Assembly (NCBI GenBank): GCA_029258825.1
Contig: JAPDKA010000001.1
Location: forward strand, 35,548-99,547
From: an archaeon
GTDB taxonomy: Archaea; Nanobdellota; Nanobdellia; Pacearchaeales; JAPDKA01
DNA: 64,000 nt
Direction of reading: 5' to 3'
The notes under the pieces were generated by a model. That model worked only from the letters and a program-made list of their open reading frames with translations. It ran no database searches and had not been told where the DNA came from. The position numbers and the translations under genes were made by a program. The number at the start of each line of letters is the position of its first letter. Within the stretch, counting starts at the first letter, position 1. Of this stretch, positions 10,905 through 20,226 are shown one piece after another.

Positions 10905-11195
10905 TTAATCAATACTGCAAGAATTAATACTGCATGCTGTGTTTGTTTGATTGCTTGTTTGGTTGGTTGTTTGATTCAAGCTTGCTGTGTTTTTATTTTG
11001 CGGCAACCAATCAAGTTTTATTGCATGCAAAGCAAGTGTTTTTATGTTGCTAGCTGTTTGCTTTAACCAACTTGCTAAAGCAGAAAAGAATACTTGCCTA
11101 TCTTGTTGCTGCTTAAGATTTAAGTTATAGCTAACTATAATTGAAAAACAACCTATAACAAAAAAACCGATTAGTAATAACTGTAGCAGCCTCAT
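10905..11195 (-). CDS. hypothetical small membrane-anchored protein
   Basis: 96 aa ORF between two tRNAs; N-terminal hydrophobic helix, Q/N/T-rich tail; no recognisable motif. Confidence 0.25.
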   Translation of the reverse strand: MRLLQLLLIGFFVIGCFSIIVSYNLNLKQQQDRQVFFSALASWLKQTASNIKTLALHAIKLDWLPQNKNTASLNQTTNQTSNQTNTACSINSCSID

Positions 11196-11234
11196 TTTAG
11201 CTATTTTTGTTTAGTTTTTATTTAAGCATAAAAG

Positions 11235-11309
11235 TGGGCCCGGCAGGATTTGAACCTGCGACCCCTACGTTATCAGCGTAGTGCTCTAACCAGGCTGAGC
11301 TACGGGCCC
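11235..11309 (-). tRNA. tRNA-Ile (anticodon GAU)
   Basis: Reverse complement GGGCCCGUAGCUCAGCCUGGUUAGAGCACUACGCUGAUAACGUAG...GGUUCAAAUCCUGCCGGGCCCA; anticodon loop CUGAUAA. Confidence 0.85.
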
Positions 11310-11367
11310 ACAAAAATAAAACTATAATTTGTTTTTTAAATATTTCTGTGCAAAGTACAACAAAAAA

Positions 11368-12210
11368 TTATCCTGCTTTAATACTTTCAACTATCTCGCG
11401 CATTTTAATAGCATCTTTATCAAGCAAAGGGGATTCACAAATAATCGTAAATTTATAGTTTTTCTCTACTATTAACTCTGCAAGAGGCTTAAAGTCAGGC
11501 TGCTTCCTCGCTATTGGTAAATGTTGTTTTTCACCTTTCGCAGTAAAACTTACACTGCTAAAATGGCAATGTAATGCTTCAAGATATTTTTTGCCTAATT
11601 CATCTTTTATCTTTTTGATGATTGATTCATAGTCTGATTTTGACTTTATGCAACCATTATTTCTTGCGTGAATATGTGCAAAATCAATTACTGGCTTGAC
11701 AAATTTTAACTTTTTGCTTAACCATATTATTTCATCAAGAGTGCCAACCTGCAATGGCTTGCCTGTTGTTTCTGCACCAAGCCAAACTTCAATAGCATTA
11801 TCTTGCATTTTTTCTTGCAATTGCTTTAACAACTCATATACATTAGTTAATGCTTGTTCCTGCGTTAGGTTTTGATAATAACCGGGATGAAACACTACAA
11901 TTGATGCGTTAATTAACGCTGCTGCCTGCACAGATTGCCACAGATTGCGAAAACTAATCTGTTGTTTTTCTTCCAGCGGACTTGCGGCATTTATCCAATA
12001 AGGCGCATGCGCGCTTAACAAAATATCGTGTTGTTTTGCTATCTGTTTGGCTTTTATTGCTACTTGTTTGTTTAGTCTAACACCCCTAACCCATTCAATC
12101 TCAAAAGCAAGAAGTTTATGTTTAGCGCAATACAACAACCCTTCTGGCAATGCTTTTCCTTTTAAAGACAAAGGCATACCTGCTGGGCCGAATCTAAGCT
12201 TTGCTGCCAT
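11368..12210 (-). CDS. nfo: AP endonuclease family 2 / endonuclease IV-like TIM-barrel protein
   Basis: SAHAPYWINAASP (Nfo HAPYLINLAS-like), IVVFHPGYY (FHPG), DFAHIHARNNG, EALHCHFSSVS in Nfo-like order. Confidence 0.5.
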   Translation of the reverse strand: MAAKLRFGPAGMPLSLKGKALPEGLLYCAKHKLLAFEIEWVRGVRLNKQVAIKAKQIAKQHDILLSAHAPYWINAASPLEEKQQISFRNLWQSVQAAALINASIVVFHPGYYQNLTQEQALTNVYELLKQLQEKMQDNAIEVWLGAETTGKPLQVGTLDEIIWLSKKLKFVKPVIDFAHIHARNNGCIKSKSDYESIIKKIKDELGKKYLEALHCHFSSVSFTAKGEKQHLPIARKQPDFKPLAELIVEKNYKFTIICESPLLDKDAIKMREIVESIKAG

Positions 12211-12211
12211 C

Positions 12212-12661
12212 TTAGCTAGGCATGTTCTGCACTATGTAAAGATGTAGTTTCTTTATTGTATATTCCTGTAATGCTTCTTTAAGCCATCCATGACAGTATT
12301 CAAGTTTTTCCTGTGGCATAAAACTGCCTGCTTCTGCATAAGGCACAATGCAAGTCATGTCTTTTCCTTCAACGTCAACCACAATACCCAGTTCTGCTTT
12401 CTCAAACTTAATATTTTTCACATAAACCATACAACCTTGCTTAGTAGCTCTTACAATCTTGAAATACCATTTTCCATCGTTGTAAACAGCTCTGTTGCAA
12501 TTATACAATGCATTCAAAAAACACTGTTCATCACTGCACGTAGTGTAGCTAAATTGATAAACAATTCCTGCAATCAAAAACAATACTGCTAGCACGATAA
12601 GCCAGAAAACAACCTTTCTGTTTTTCTTGTTTTGCTTAAGTTTTATTTTTTTCTTTTTCAT
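12212..12661 (-). CDS. hypothetical membrane-anchored Cys-containing protein
   Basis: 149 aa; K-rich N-terminus then a single TM helix (VVFWLIVLAVLFLIAGIVY); 7 Cys in the extracytoplasmic part. Confidence 0.35.
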   Translation of the reverse strand: MKKKKIKLKQNKKNRKVVFWLIVLAVLFLIAGIVYQFSYTTCSDEQCFLNALYNCNRAVYNDGKWYFKIVRATKQGCMVYVKNIKFEKAELGIVVDVEGKDMTCIVPYAEAGSFMPQEKLEYCHGWLKEALQEYTIKKLHLYIVQNMPS

Positions 12662-12703
12662 TTCACCTCTTTTTATTTAGTTGAACAGTAAAAGCATGAC
12701 CAA

Positions 12704-13144
12704 TCAATAAGTAATGGTTTTATCCAATGTGAGTTGTTTTTCTTTTTGCTCTTCTGTATGATTTGTGCTGTTATCATCAACATCATCAATTTTGATTACC
12801 TCAACATCTTCAGGCAAATCTTGATTTTGTTCCTGCGTTTGTTCAGCCATATCTTGCTGTTCTTCTTGTTCCATTGTCTGTGTTTGCTGTTCTTGTGTTT
12901 GTTCTTCCTGCCCTTCGCTCACTTCTTTATTTTCAGCTATGCCTATTTCGCTTTCATTAACATTATCTTCTTGTGCCTGCTTAAGTTTCTTACTGATCTC
13001 TGCAAGTAAGTCAAGCAAAGAAGATGCTGCTGTGTCGCTAATTTGCCCTTCTTCTTTTTGCATCTCTATCTCTGCAACTAAATCGTCGAGTAATGCTTCA
13101 ATCTCCACAAGCAGATCTTCACGTATTTGCATATAAATAAACAA
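12704..13144 (-). CDS. hypothetical acidic E/Q-rich protein
   Basis: 146 aa, highly acidic low-complexity (EQTQEQQTQTMEQEEQQDMAEQTQEQ); coding status uncertain. Confidence 0.3.
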   Translation of the reverse strand: MFIYMQIREDLLVEIEALLDDLVAEIEMQKEEGQISDTAASSLLDLLAEISKKLKQAQEDNVNESEIGIAENKEVSEGQEEQTQEQQTQTMEQEEQQDMAEQTQEQNQDLPEDVEVIKIDDVDDNSTNHTEEQKEKQLTLDKTITY

Positions 13145-13194
13145 TAAGTAGACTTTTTAAATCTTATTTTCGGTTTTTATCGACAAAAAAGCAA

Positions 13195-13776
13195 TTAGTT
13201 TTTGCCTCTTATCAAATTTTTAACAAAACTTGCAAGTTTCTCAACTTTTGCTCGTCGTTTTGCGTAGAGTTGTTTTACCTTTTCGTAATTGCCTCTTGCT
13301 ATTCCTATCATAAGCAATTCGTAAAATGCTCTTCCGATTATTTCGTGCAGTACAGCCCTACGTCGAATTTTATCATTAGCTTCAAATGTTGTTACAAACT
13401 TAAATTTGTCTAGCCAAGCTCTGCCATAAACTTTACTTAAGCCATATGCTGCACGCTTTACGTGAAAGTCATCAGTTACAACAATTGCTCTCGCATTAGG
13501 GTCTTTTAAAACATCATAAAAAGAAAGTGCGTTTTCTATAGTATTTCTTGCATATTCAACTTTTGCTCCTTGGATGTAAGGAGCAAACTCTCTCAAGCGA
13601 GGATCATCATATAGGCCTGTTATATTTACACTAGCATCATGCTGTTCAGGCGTATTAAATCCTGTAAAGATGATTCTATCTGGTGCTAATCCAAGCTTAG
13701 TTAAAACTTCTAGGCCTTTCTTAATCCTTCTTTTTGATGGTCTTTCATCACCGCTATATATGATAAGGTATATCAT
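13195..13776 (-). CDS. DUF218 (YdcF/SanA-like) domain protein
   Basis: IVVTDDFHVKRAAY resembles the DUF218 VTSxYHMPRA core; 193 aa. Confidence 0.45.
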   Translation of the reverse strand: MIYLIIYSGDERPSKRRIKKGLEVLTKLGLAPDRIIFTGFNTPEQHDASVNITGLYDDPRLREFAPYIQGAKVEYARNTIENALSFYDVLKDPNARAIVVTDDFHVKRAAYGLSKVYGRAWLDKFKFVTTFEANDKIRRRAVLHEIIGRAFYELLMIGIARGNYEKVKQLYAKRRAKVEKLASFVKNLIRGKN

Positions 13777-13794
13777 TTTAGCATAGACTTTTAG

Positions 13795-14811
13795 TTATAT
13801 AATCAGCCAAACTGCAACGCAAATTACAACAACAAACTGTAGGAGCAATAAAAATGCCACAACGTCTTGCTCTGTTACTCTGTTTTTTATCGATTTTAGT
13901 AGTTTAATTGTAGCATGCGTAACACTATATATGTATTTGTATGGCTCATGCAGATAACCTTGCTTATCGAGTTTTGCAAAATTTTCTGCCTTAAACTTAC
14001 TTCTTGCTTTTAGAAATCCTTCTATAACAAAAGGAATAAACATAAACAAAGCGAGCTTTTCAACATTGCCTAAAATAGCAAAACAAGCAATCAAACTGCC
14101 GACAGTAAAAGTTAAACTATCTCCTGGAAACACTTTTGATGGATACTTATTGAATATTAAAAATGCTAACAGCGAGAAAAACATGGCCAAGGCAATTAAT
14201 GCTAACCAGTATTGTTTAGTATAAACAAAAATAAAACTAAAACCAAGCATGATTATACTTGCTAGTCCTGCTTCCAAACCATTATAACCTGCAAGCAAAT
14301 TAAAACCATTTGTGAATCCAACAACGAGCAATGGCACAATAACTAAGCTGTATGCTATACCAAAATTCACAGGCCCGATAAATGGAATTGACATAGTTGT
14401 GTTGCCCAACCTTAATACAGCAAGAGGGATTGCAATTGGTATTGTTGTAACTAACTTTTTCCATCCACCAAGACCTTTCTTCCAACCCAACACATCATCA
14501 ATAAAACCGATGAAGCAAGCAAGCGTGACTGTAACTGTCAAAGCCAAAACTTCAACAAAATGAGTTACGCTTTTCAATATAAAAGTCTTGAGAAAGAAAT
14601 ATACAAAAAGCGAAAGCAAAAAAGCAATAAACACAGCAACGCCACCAGCTTCGGCAACTTCATGTTTGGTTTGTTTGTTCATATCAAAGCCGACAAGCTT
14701 ATTAGCTTTAGCAAGATTTATCCACGCTTTGGTTAGCATAAAACTTGCAAAAAATGAGATACATACATACAGCAATCCAAACACAATGTTGCCTATAGTT
14801 ATTCCATCCAT
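13795..14811 (-). CDS. UDP-GlcNAc:dolichyl-phosphate GlcNAc-1-phosphate transferase-like (MraY/WecA/AglH family)
   Basis: Polytopic membrane protein; LVGFDMNKQTKHEVAEAGGVAV (D-x-NK...K...GG) and GFIDDVLG (DDxxD) motifs typical of polyprenyl-phosphate N-acetylhexosamine-1-P transferases. Confidence 0.65.
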   Translation of the reverse strand: MDGITIGNIVFGLLYVCISFFASFMLTKAWINLAKANKLVGFDMNKQTKHEVAEAGGVAVFIAFLLSLFVYFFLKTFILKSVTHFVEVLALTVTVTLACFIGFIDDVLGWKKGLGGWKKLVTTIPIAIPLAVLRLGNTTMSIPFIGPVNFGIAYSLVIVPLLVVGFTNGFNLLAGYNGLEAGLASIIMLGFSFIFVYTKQYWLALIALAMFFSLLAFLIFNKYPSKVFPGDSLTFTVGSLIACFAILGNVEKLALFMFIPFVIEGFLKARSKFKAENFAKLDKQGYLHEPYKYIYSVTHATIKLLKSIKNRVTEQDVVAFLLLLQFVVVICVAVWLII

Positions 14812-14912
14812 ATTTGTTATTACTCATTAATAGTATTTAAAGCTTTTGGTAGCTTTTAGTTAGCAAACACTCAGAAACAAGATTTATAAATTAATGTACC
14901 ATACATAAAATA

Positions 14913-15368
14913 ATGGGGATAAAAAAAACGTCGCTTAAGTTAGACGATTTAGATAAAGCAACAAAAAATGCATTGAAAAATTGTATAAAAGAATTAAAAA
15001 CAAAACCGTATGTAGTAGGTATTTATTTATTTGGTTCTCATGCAAAAAGAAAAACACATAAGTTGTCGGATGTTGACATTGCCATAGTGACTAAAGAAAT
15101 TAGCTATAAACAACACAACAGGATAAAGCTTTATTTGTACAGCTTTTCTACAGATAGATTAGATGTAAGTTGGTTTAATGAATTGCCTGCATATATTCAA
15201 AAGGAAGTGCTTTGTAATGGAAAACTTATATTTGTTAAAGACCGTTTTAAACTTGCTGAAATAACATCCAAACATATCAAAATAGCCATAGAATTTGAGA
15301 ATAGAGCGAAAAAAATTGATACCAGAATAATAGATAAATATAATAAATACCATAATAAATACAAATAA
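14913..15368 (+). CDS. minimal nucleotidyltransferase (MNT/MntA-like antitoxin)
   Basis: GIYLFGSHAKRKTHKLSDVDIAIV = GS-x9-13-DxD nucleotidyltransferase motif. Confidence 0.7.
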   Translation: MGIKKTSLKLDDLDKATKNALKNCIKELKTKPYVVGIYLFGSHAKRKTHKLSDVDIAIVTKEISYKQHNRIKLYLYSFSTDRLDVSWFNELPAYIQKEVLCNGKLIFVKDRFKLAEITSKHIKIAIEFENRAKKIDTRIIDKYNKYHNKYK

Positions 15369-15369
15369 A

Positions 15370-15798
15370 ATGAGAATTTCGAAAATCATTAAAGATATTG
15401 ACAGCTATTTGGAAGATCTCGCTGAGATATTGCCAAACGATGAAGAAGAACTAAAAAGAAATAAAGAAAAACGATATTCAACAGCATTTCTTGTAGAGTG
15501 CGTAATTAGTGGGTGCATAGACTTGGGATTTGAAATTGTAAGCATACTAGGTTTGGCATATCCAGCAACTTACAAACAGTTATTCGAGTTATTAGAAAAG
15601 AAAAAGATAATAACAAAAACTGTTGCCGATAAACTTAAAGAACTAGTCGGTTTAAGAAATATCATTGCACACCATTACACAAAAATTGATACTGAGCTAT
15701 TGTTTGAAAAAGCAAAATATATGATAGAATCAGGAATAATTGAAAAGTTTTTAGCACAAATAATAAAAAAATTAAAAGATAAAAACATTGGAATTTAA
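15370..15798 (+). CDS. HepT-like HEPN toxin (DUF86)
   Basis: LRNIIAHHY = R-x4-HxY HEPN/DUF86 motif; start 2 nt after the MNT stop (coupled pair). Confidence 0.7.
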   Translation: MRISKIIKDIDSYLEDLAEILPNDEEELKRNKEKRYSTAFLVECVISGCIDLGFEIVSILGLAYPATYKQLFELLEKKKIITKTVADKLKELVGLRNIIAHHYTKIDTELLFEKAKYMIESGIIEKFLAQIIKKLKDKNIGI

Positions 15799-15826
15799 TT
15801 TCAACTTGATTTCTGATTTTTATTCT

Positions 15827-16636
15827 TTACCCGCTGAAAACAGGTCTATGCACTTTATAGAAAATACCTATTGGAATGCGCGTCCAGTTAGTTAGTTCTG
15901 CTTCATATGCCTTAGCCAAAGCCTCTGCCAAACTGCTGGTGTTGTGGTTGTGTTGCTGCAAATCATAAACTGCTGCATCATAGTTTGATGAAGGATTAGC
16001 AAAAACAAGACAAGGCTGCAGTACATCAACAAAACTAAAGCCACGATGCATTATTGCCTGTTTTAATATAAAAGTTAAATGCTCTAGCTTTCTTGCGTAT
16101 GCTCTAGCCACAAAAGTTGCGTTACTTATTAAGGCTAGTGCAATAGGATTTAGTGGTAGTTCATTACTTTTTATACCAGGCATTGCTTGATTAAACCAAC
16201 TTGTTGCAGTAGGTTGGCCTTTTGTGAGTGCAAATACTTTATTGTTATGCACAACAACAGTAATATCTGCATTACGTTTTGCAGCATGTATAAAATGAGA
16301 TATACCTTCATCATAAGTATCACCATCACCGACATGACAAATCACATTAAGTTTGTTGTTGCTTAATTTTATTCCAGTAGCAAGTGGAATAGAACGACCA
16401 TGTAAAGCAATAACGCTGTTAACATCTAGATAATCAGCTATCTTACCATGACAACCAATACCAGCAACAATAACAAAATTGCGTTTTTGATACCCTTGCA
16501 TTATTAAATCGTTCATCGCTTGTTTTAAAGCATGCATAATAGCAAAATTGGTACAGCCAGGACACCAGGTTGGCTTTGCATATGTATGCGTGACCTTTTT
16601 TTCTTGCTTGATCGTTTTGTTTGCTTTTCCCGGCAT
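15827..16636 (-). CDS. 2-oxoacid:ferredoxin oxidoreductase beta subunit (TPP-binding)
   Basis: GIGCHGKIADYL and GDGDTYDEG thiamine-PP binding motifs. Confidence 0.8.
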   Translation of the reverse strand: MPGKANKTIKQEKKVTHTYAKPTWCPGCTNFAIMHALKQAMNDLIMQGYQKRNFVIVAGIGCHGKIADYLDVNSVIALHGRSIPLATGIKLSNNKLNVICHVGDGDTYDEGISHFIHAAKRNADITVVVHNNKVFALTKGQPTATSWFNQAMPGIKSNELPLNPIALALISNATFVARAYARKLEHLTFILKQAIMHRGFSFVDVLQPCLVFANPSSNYDAAVYDLQQHNHNTSSLAEALAKAYEAELTNWTRIPIGIFYKVHRPVFSG

Positions 16637-16675
16637 TTTGTTTTGTTTTTGTTTTAGCTTTATCTTACTTTATTT

Positions 16676-18679
16676 TTACTTTTTGCTGGCTTTCTTTTGT
16701 TTTGCTTTAATTAATCCTGCGTTTGCATTTATCAATTGTAAAAGCATATTAGCGAGTTCGTCGGCATAAAAAGGTCTAGCATCATACTTAAGCAATTCAA
16801 TAGCATTAGCAACAGGATTGCTTAGTAATTGTTTTAATACAGAAGTTGCATTGCACTCAACAACAATAATAATGTCTGGGTTAAAGCTTTGGATAGCTTT
16901 AACAATTTTTGAACTAGCAATAGGCCACAACACAATTGGTTGAACAATCCTAATGTTAAATTGACTGCTCAATTGCTTTGCAGCATCGATAACTGCTGGT
17001 GTTGTAGAACCATAAGTAAGTAACACTACACGAATTGCGTTTGCTTTTTTTCTTGCTTTAAAATCAACAACGTTAACGCTGTCTATATGCTGCACTAGTT
17101 TTTGCAATGCTTTAAATTTGTATTGTCTTCGTTCCTGCATGTTCGCAACAGTTGCTGCATTTTCTGTAGTGATGCCATACTCATCATGCTCATAGCTATT
17201 TGCTTTAACAGTCAAACTGCTGCCTGGAAATGCCATGGGCACAGTGTGTTGGGCCAAGCTGTAGTAAGCATACATACCTTGCCTTGTTTTTTTAAGTAAT
17301 TGCTTTTTGTTTTTGCTTTGCTCTATATTAAACCAAAACTTGTTATGTTTATCTTGTGCATTTTGTTTTATGCTGTTTATATCAATTTGCATGCTAGCAT
17401 AACTTGTGCTAAGATGTTTATCAACAAGTATTATGGCTGGTACTCTAAAGTGTGAAGCAACTTCAAAAGCTACTTGCGTGTAATGCATTGCCTGTTCATT
17501 ATTTGCAGGACTTACAACAAACTTAGCAAAGCTTCCATGACCTGCATGTATTGCAAATAGCACATCGCTTTGTGCTGTATATGTCGGCACTCCTGTAGAA
17601 GGCCCGGTACGTTGACTTAGCAAGATAACTACTGGCAATTCTGCCATACCTGCCATGCTTATCGCTTCTGTCATCAAGGCAAAACCACCACCGCTTGTCG
17701 CCACCATTGTCTTATGGCCGGCATAGCTACTGCCTAAAGCCATGTTTATTACAGCAAGTTCATTTTCTGGCTGAACAACAATAATAGACCATTCGCTTCT
17801 TTTTTTCTGTAAAAAACTTAATGTGCTCGTAGCAGGTGTCATAGGATATGCATAGAATGCAGCTAAACCGGCATTGACTGCTGCTAAAGCAATTGCTTCG
17901 TTACCTTCAACCATCATAACTTGTTTAGGTTTTGCTTTTTTCATCCAGTCATTAAGAAATTTTATCGCAGCATTATTAAATTCAACAAAAGATTGCCAAC
18001 CAAAACCATATCCAGCAATAAACGCGTCAACATCAGCTTGATTTCTGTAATGTTGCATTATTGTTTGCTTAATGAAGTTAAGCCAAATCTCTTTTTGCTT
18101 TTTTGTGTAAGTACCTAAAAAATCAAACAAGTAGCCAACATAACAAACATTAAATTCACGTTTTGTTATGTTTGCCTCTCTCGAAATTACACTGAATGGT
18201 AAGGCAACAACATTATAACGTTTTAATTTATGCTTCACATTATTGTTAAGACTATTAAGCGTTGATTCTTCAATAATAATTAGTGCATCATCTGTAAGCT
18301 CGTGTAGATGCATATCAACAGAATTATCGAGGCATAACAAAATATCAATTTGTTTTTTATTGCTTTCTATTTTTGTCTTGCTAAAGGTTACGTAACTAAA
18401 GTTGTGCCCGCCAGTGATTAAACTTTGATAATCATGCGAGCAAAATACATGCAAGCCACTAGCACTAAGTATTTTTGCGATCAAACAAGCAGTACTTTTT
18501 ACACCTTGACCAGCTTGACCAGCAACAACAATGCTAAATACATTCTGTATTTGTTGATTGTTTCTGCTTTCTTGGCTTTTTTGGATGCGCTTATGCAATG
18601 GTTGTTTTGTTGCTTTTGCTTTTGATGTTTCTTTGTTTTTCTTTTTATTTGTCTTTGCTTTTCTGTTTTGTTTTTTCAT
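16676..18679 (-). CDS. 2-oxoacid:ferredoxin oxidoreductase alpha subunit (gamma-alpha fusion type)
   Basis: 667 aa; K-rich N-terminal tail, gamma-like domain then alpha pyrimidine-binding domain (GNEAIALAAVNAGLAAFYAYPMTPAT); lies directly upstream of the beta subunit as in two-subunit archaeal OFORs. Confidence 0.8.
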   Translation of the reverse strand: MKKQNRKAKTNKKKNKETSKAKATKQPLHKRIQKSQESRNNQQIQNVFSIVVAGQAGQGVKSTACLIAKILSASGLHVFCSHDYQSLITGGHNFSYVTFSKTKIESNKKQIDILLCLDNSVDMHLHELTDDALIIIEESTLNSLNNNVKHKLKRYNVVALPFSVISREANITKREFNVCYVGYLFDFLGTYTKKQKEIWLNFIKQTIMQHYRNQADVDAFIAGYGFGWQSFVEFNNAAIKFLNDWMKKAKPKQVMMVEGNEAIALAAVNAGLAAFYAYPMTPATSTLSFLQKKRSEWSIIVVQPENELAVINMALGSSYAGHKTMVATSGGGFALMTEAISMAGMAELPVVILLSQRTGPSTGVPTYTAQSDVLFAIHAGHGSFAKFVVSPANNEQAMHYTQVAFEVASHFRVPAIILVDKHLSTSYASMQIDINSIKQNAQDKHNKFWFNIEQSKNKKQLLKKTRQGMYAYYSLAQHTVPMAFPGSSLTVKANSYEHDEYGITTENAATVANMQERRQYKFKALQKLVQHIDSVNVVDFKARKKANAIRVVLLTYGSTTPAVIDAAKQLSSQFNIRIVQPIVLWPIASSKIVKAIQSFNPDIIIVVECNATSVLKQLLSNPVANAIELLKYDARPFYADELANMLLQLINANAGLIKAKQKKASKK

Positions 18680-18835
18680 TTTGAATATATATTCACAATT
18701 GAATTATGAATATTTATTCATAATTTTTATAAATTTTTATTTTATTTTTGTTTGTTTAGCTTTTCCCCTTGTTTTGTTTCTTGCTTCTGTTTTTGATTGC
18801 TTTCTTGTTTAGGCTTTCATTTATTTAAACATTTG

Positions 18836-19705
18836 TTAAAACAATAAAGGGGTTACAAACACTTCTAAAAAAGCTGAAATAATTAAAACAAAAATAGCAA
18901 GCAAAATTAAATCAAGACTATCACGCAATACCTTGTAAAATTTTTCACTTCTGAACTCATGCTTTATTATTGCTACACTTATAATGCCACCAGCAAGACC
19001 GGCAATAATGTAAGCGCTAATTTCAGGAATGCCATGAAACATATAACGCCAAAATGCCTTTGCAAAATGCACGTTTTTTGCAAGCATGCCAATGGCACTA
19101 GCTATTACGCTTGCATTCCAAGTGAGTATAAAAATTGCACCGGCACCAAACATAAATGAGAACAACAAAACAAAAAGTAACACATAAAGGTTGTTGCTTA
19201 GTATTACGGCAACCCTATTCAGTCCTTCTTTTAGCGTAATTTTTGACTTGCTTAATGTTATACCGTGCTCAACATAATCCATGCACGAATCAAGACTGTT
19301 AAAGTTTATACTACAATAGGTTGATACTTGCGCATGAAAATTTTTAGCAGTTATTGAAGAAGGTAACACCAAAAACCATAGCGTATATGCAATTAAAATA
19401 CCTAAAAACAAAAACATTAAAGCAGTCAAACATTTACTGTGTTGCTTAATTGCTTCAACCTCTGTTATTGTGTCTTCGTCTTTCCGCTCTTCTAACTTTA
19501 TAATATAATACATGAAAGGTATGCATAACATAACCGTGAAAGTTATAATGAGTATACTAACATAGTTCTCAAATACAGGATTATGCAAAAAAATTGTGTC
19601 AGCAATAAAAATTGCAAGAGAAGCATAAAAAAAACCGATAAGTAGCATTTCCCAAGGCTCACGTTCAGCTTTTTTAGGATTTGCTATCGATTCAAACATT
19701 TTCAC
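18836..19705 (-). CDS. polytopic membrane protein, SpoIIM/DUF95-like
   Basis: 289 aa, ~6 TM helices; FHGIPEISAYIIAGLAGG resembles the HG-PE motif of the stage II sporulation protein M family. Confidence 0.4.
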   Translation of the reverse strand: MKMFESIANPKKAEREPWEMLLIGFFYASLAIFIADTIFLHNPVFENYVSILIITFTVMLCIPFMYYIIKLEERKDEDTITEVEAIKQHSKCLTALMFLFLGILIAYTLWFLVLPSSITAKNFHAQVSTYCSINFNSLDSCMDYVEHGITLSKSKITLKEGLNRVAVILSNNLYVLLFVLLFSFMFGAGAIFILTWNASVIASAIGMLAKNVHFAKAFWRYMFHGIPEISAYIIAGLAGGIISVAIIKHEFRSEKFYKVLRDSLDLILLAIFVLIISAFLEVFVTPLLF

Positions 19706-19764
19706 CTCTTTTTTACAGATTGTTTTAGTTGTTCTAGATTGTTAAAAAAAGTAAAGCACAATAT

Positions 19765-20226
19765 TTAAATGTTGCTGAAATTTTTCATCTTTTGTTTTAT
19801 TATTTTCTTCAAATGTTTTATAAATTGTTTAGCATCTTCTAAAGCTATTTTTGCATCTTCTTTTTCAGCAGTATATTCAAGCCCATACATTGATTCATGT
19901 CTTTCTATTCTGTGTATATTAAGTAGATTTATAATATGTAAAGGTATTTGTTTTCTGTATTTTTCTTTTATGTAAATATAAGTTGCGTAATGGCTTTTCT
20001 CTTGTATCCCATCTAAGTAAAGCAATGCCCTAGCTGCATGAAACATAGCCATGTAAGATTGTATAATCACAAGATTGAAAAAGTTATATTTCGATTTAAA
20101 AAGTTCTTCTGCTTCTTTTATTCTATTTTTTGTTAAAGCCAATGAGGTTTTGGCTTTGTTTATGTCAGGCTTTATTTTTCGTAACAATCTTAACTTGAAA
20201 CAATCTTCAACAGTTTCGATTTTCAT
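19765..20226 (-). CDS. HEPN domain protein
   Basis: 153 aa helical protein; paralog of ORF 37982-38278; overlaps upstream MNT gene by 4 bp. Confidence 0.55.
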   Translation of the reverse strand: MKIETVEDCFKLRLLRKIKPDINKAKTSLALTKNRIKEAEELFKSKYNFFNLVIIQSYMAMFHAARALLYLDGIQEKSHYATYIYIKEKYRKQIPLHIINLLNIHRIERHESMYGLEYTAEKEDAKIALEDAKQFIKHLKKIIKQKMKNFSNI

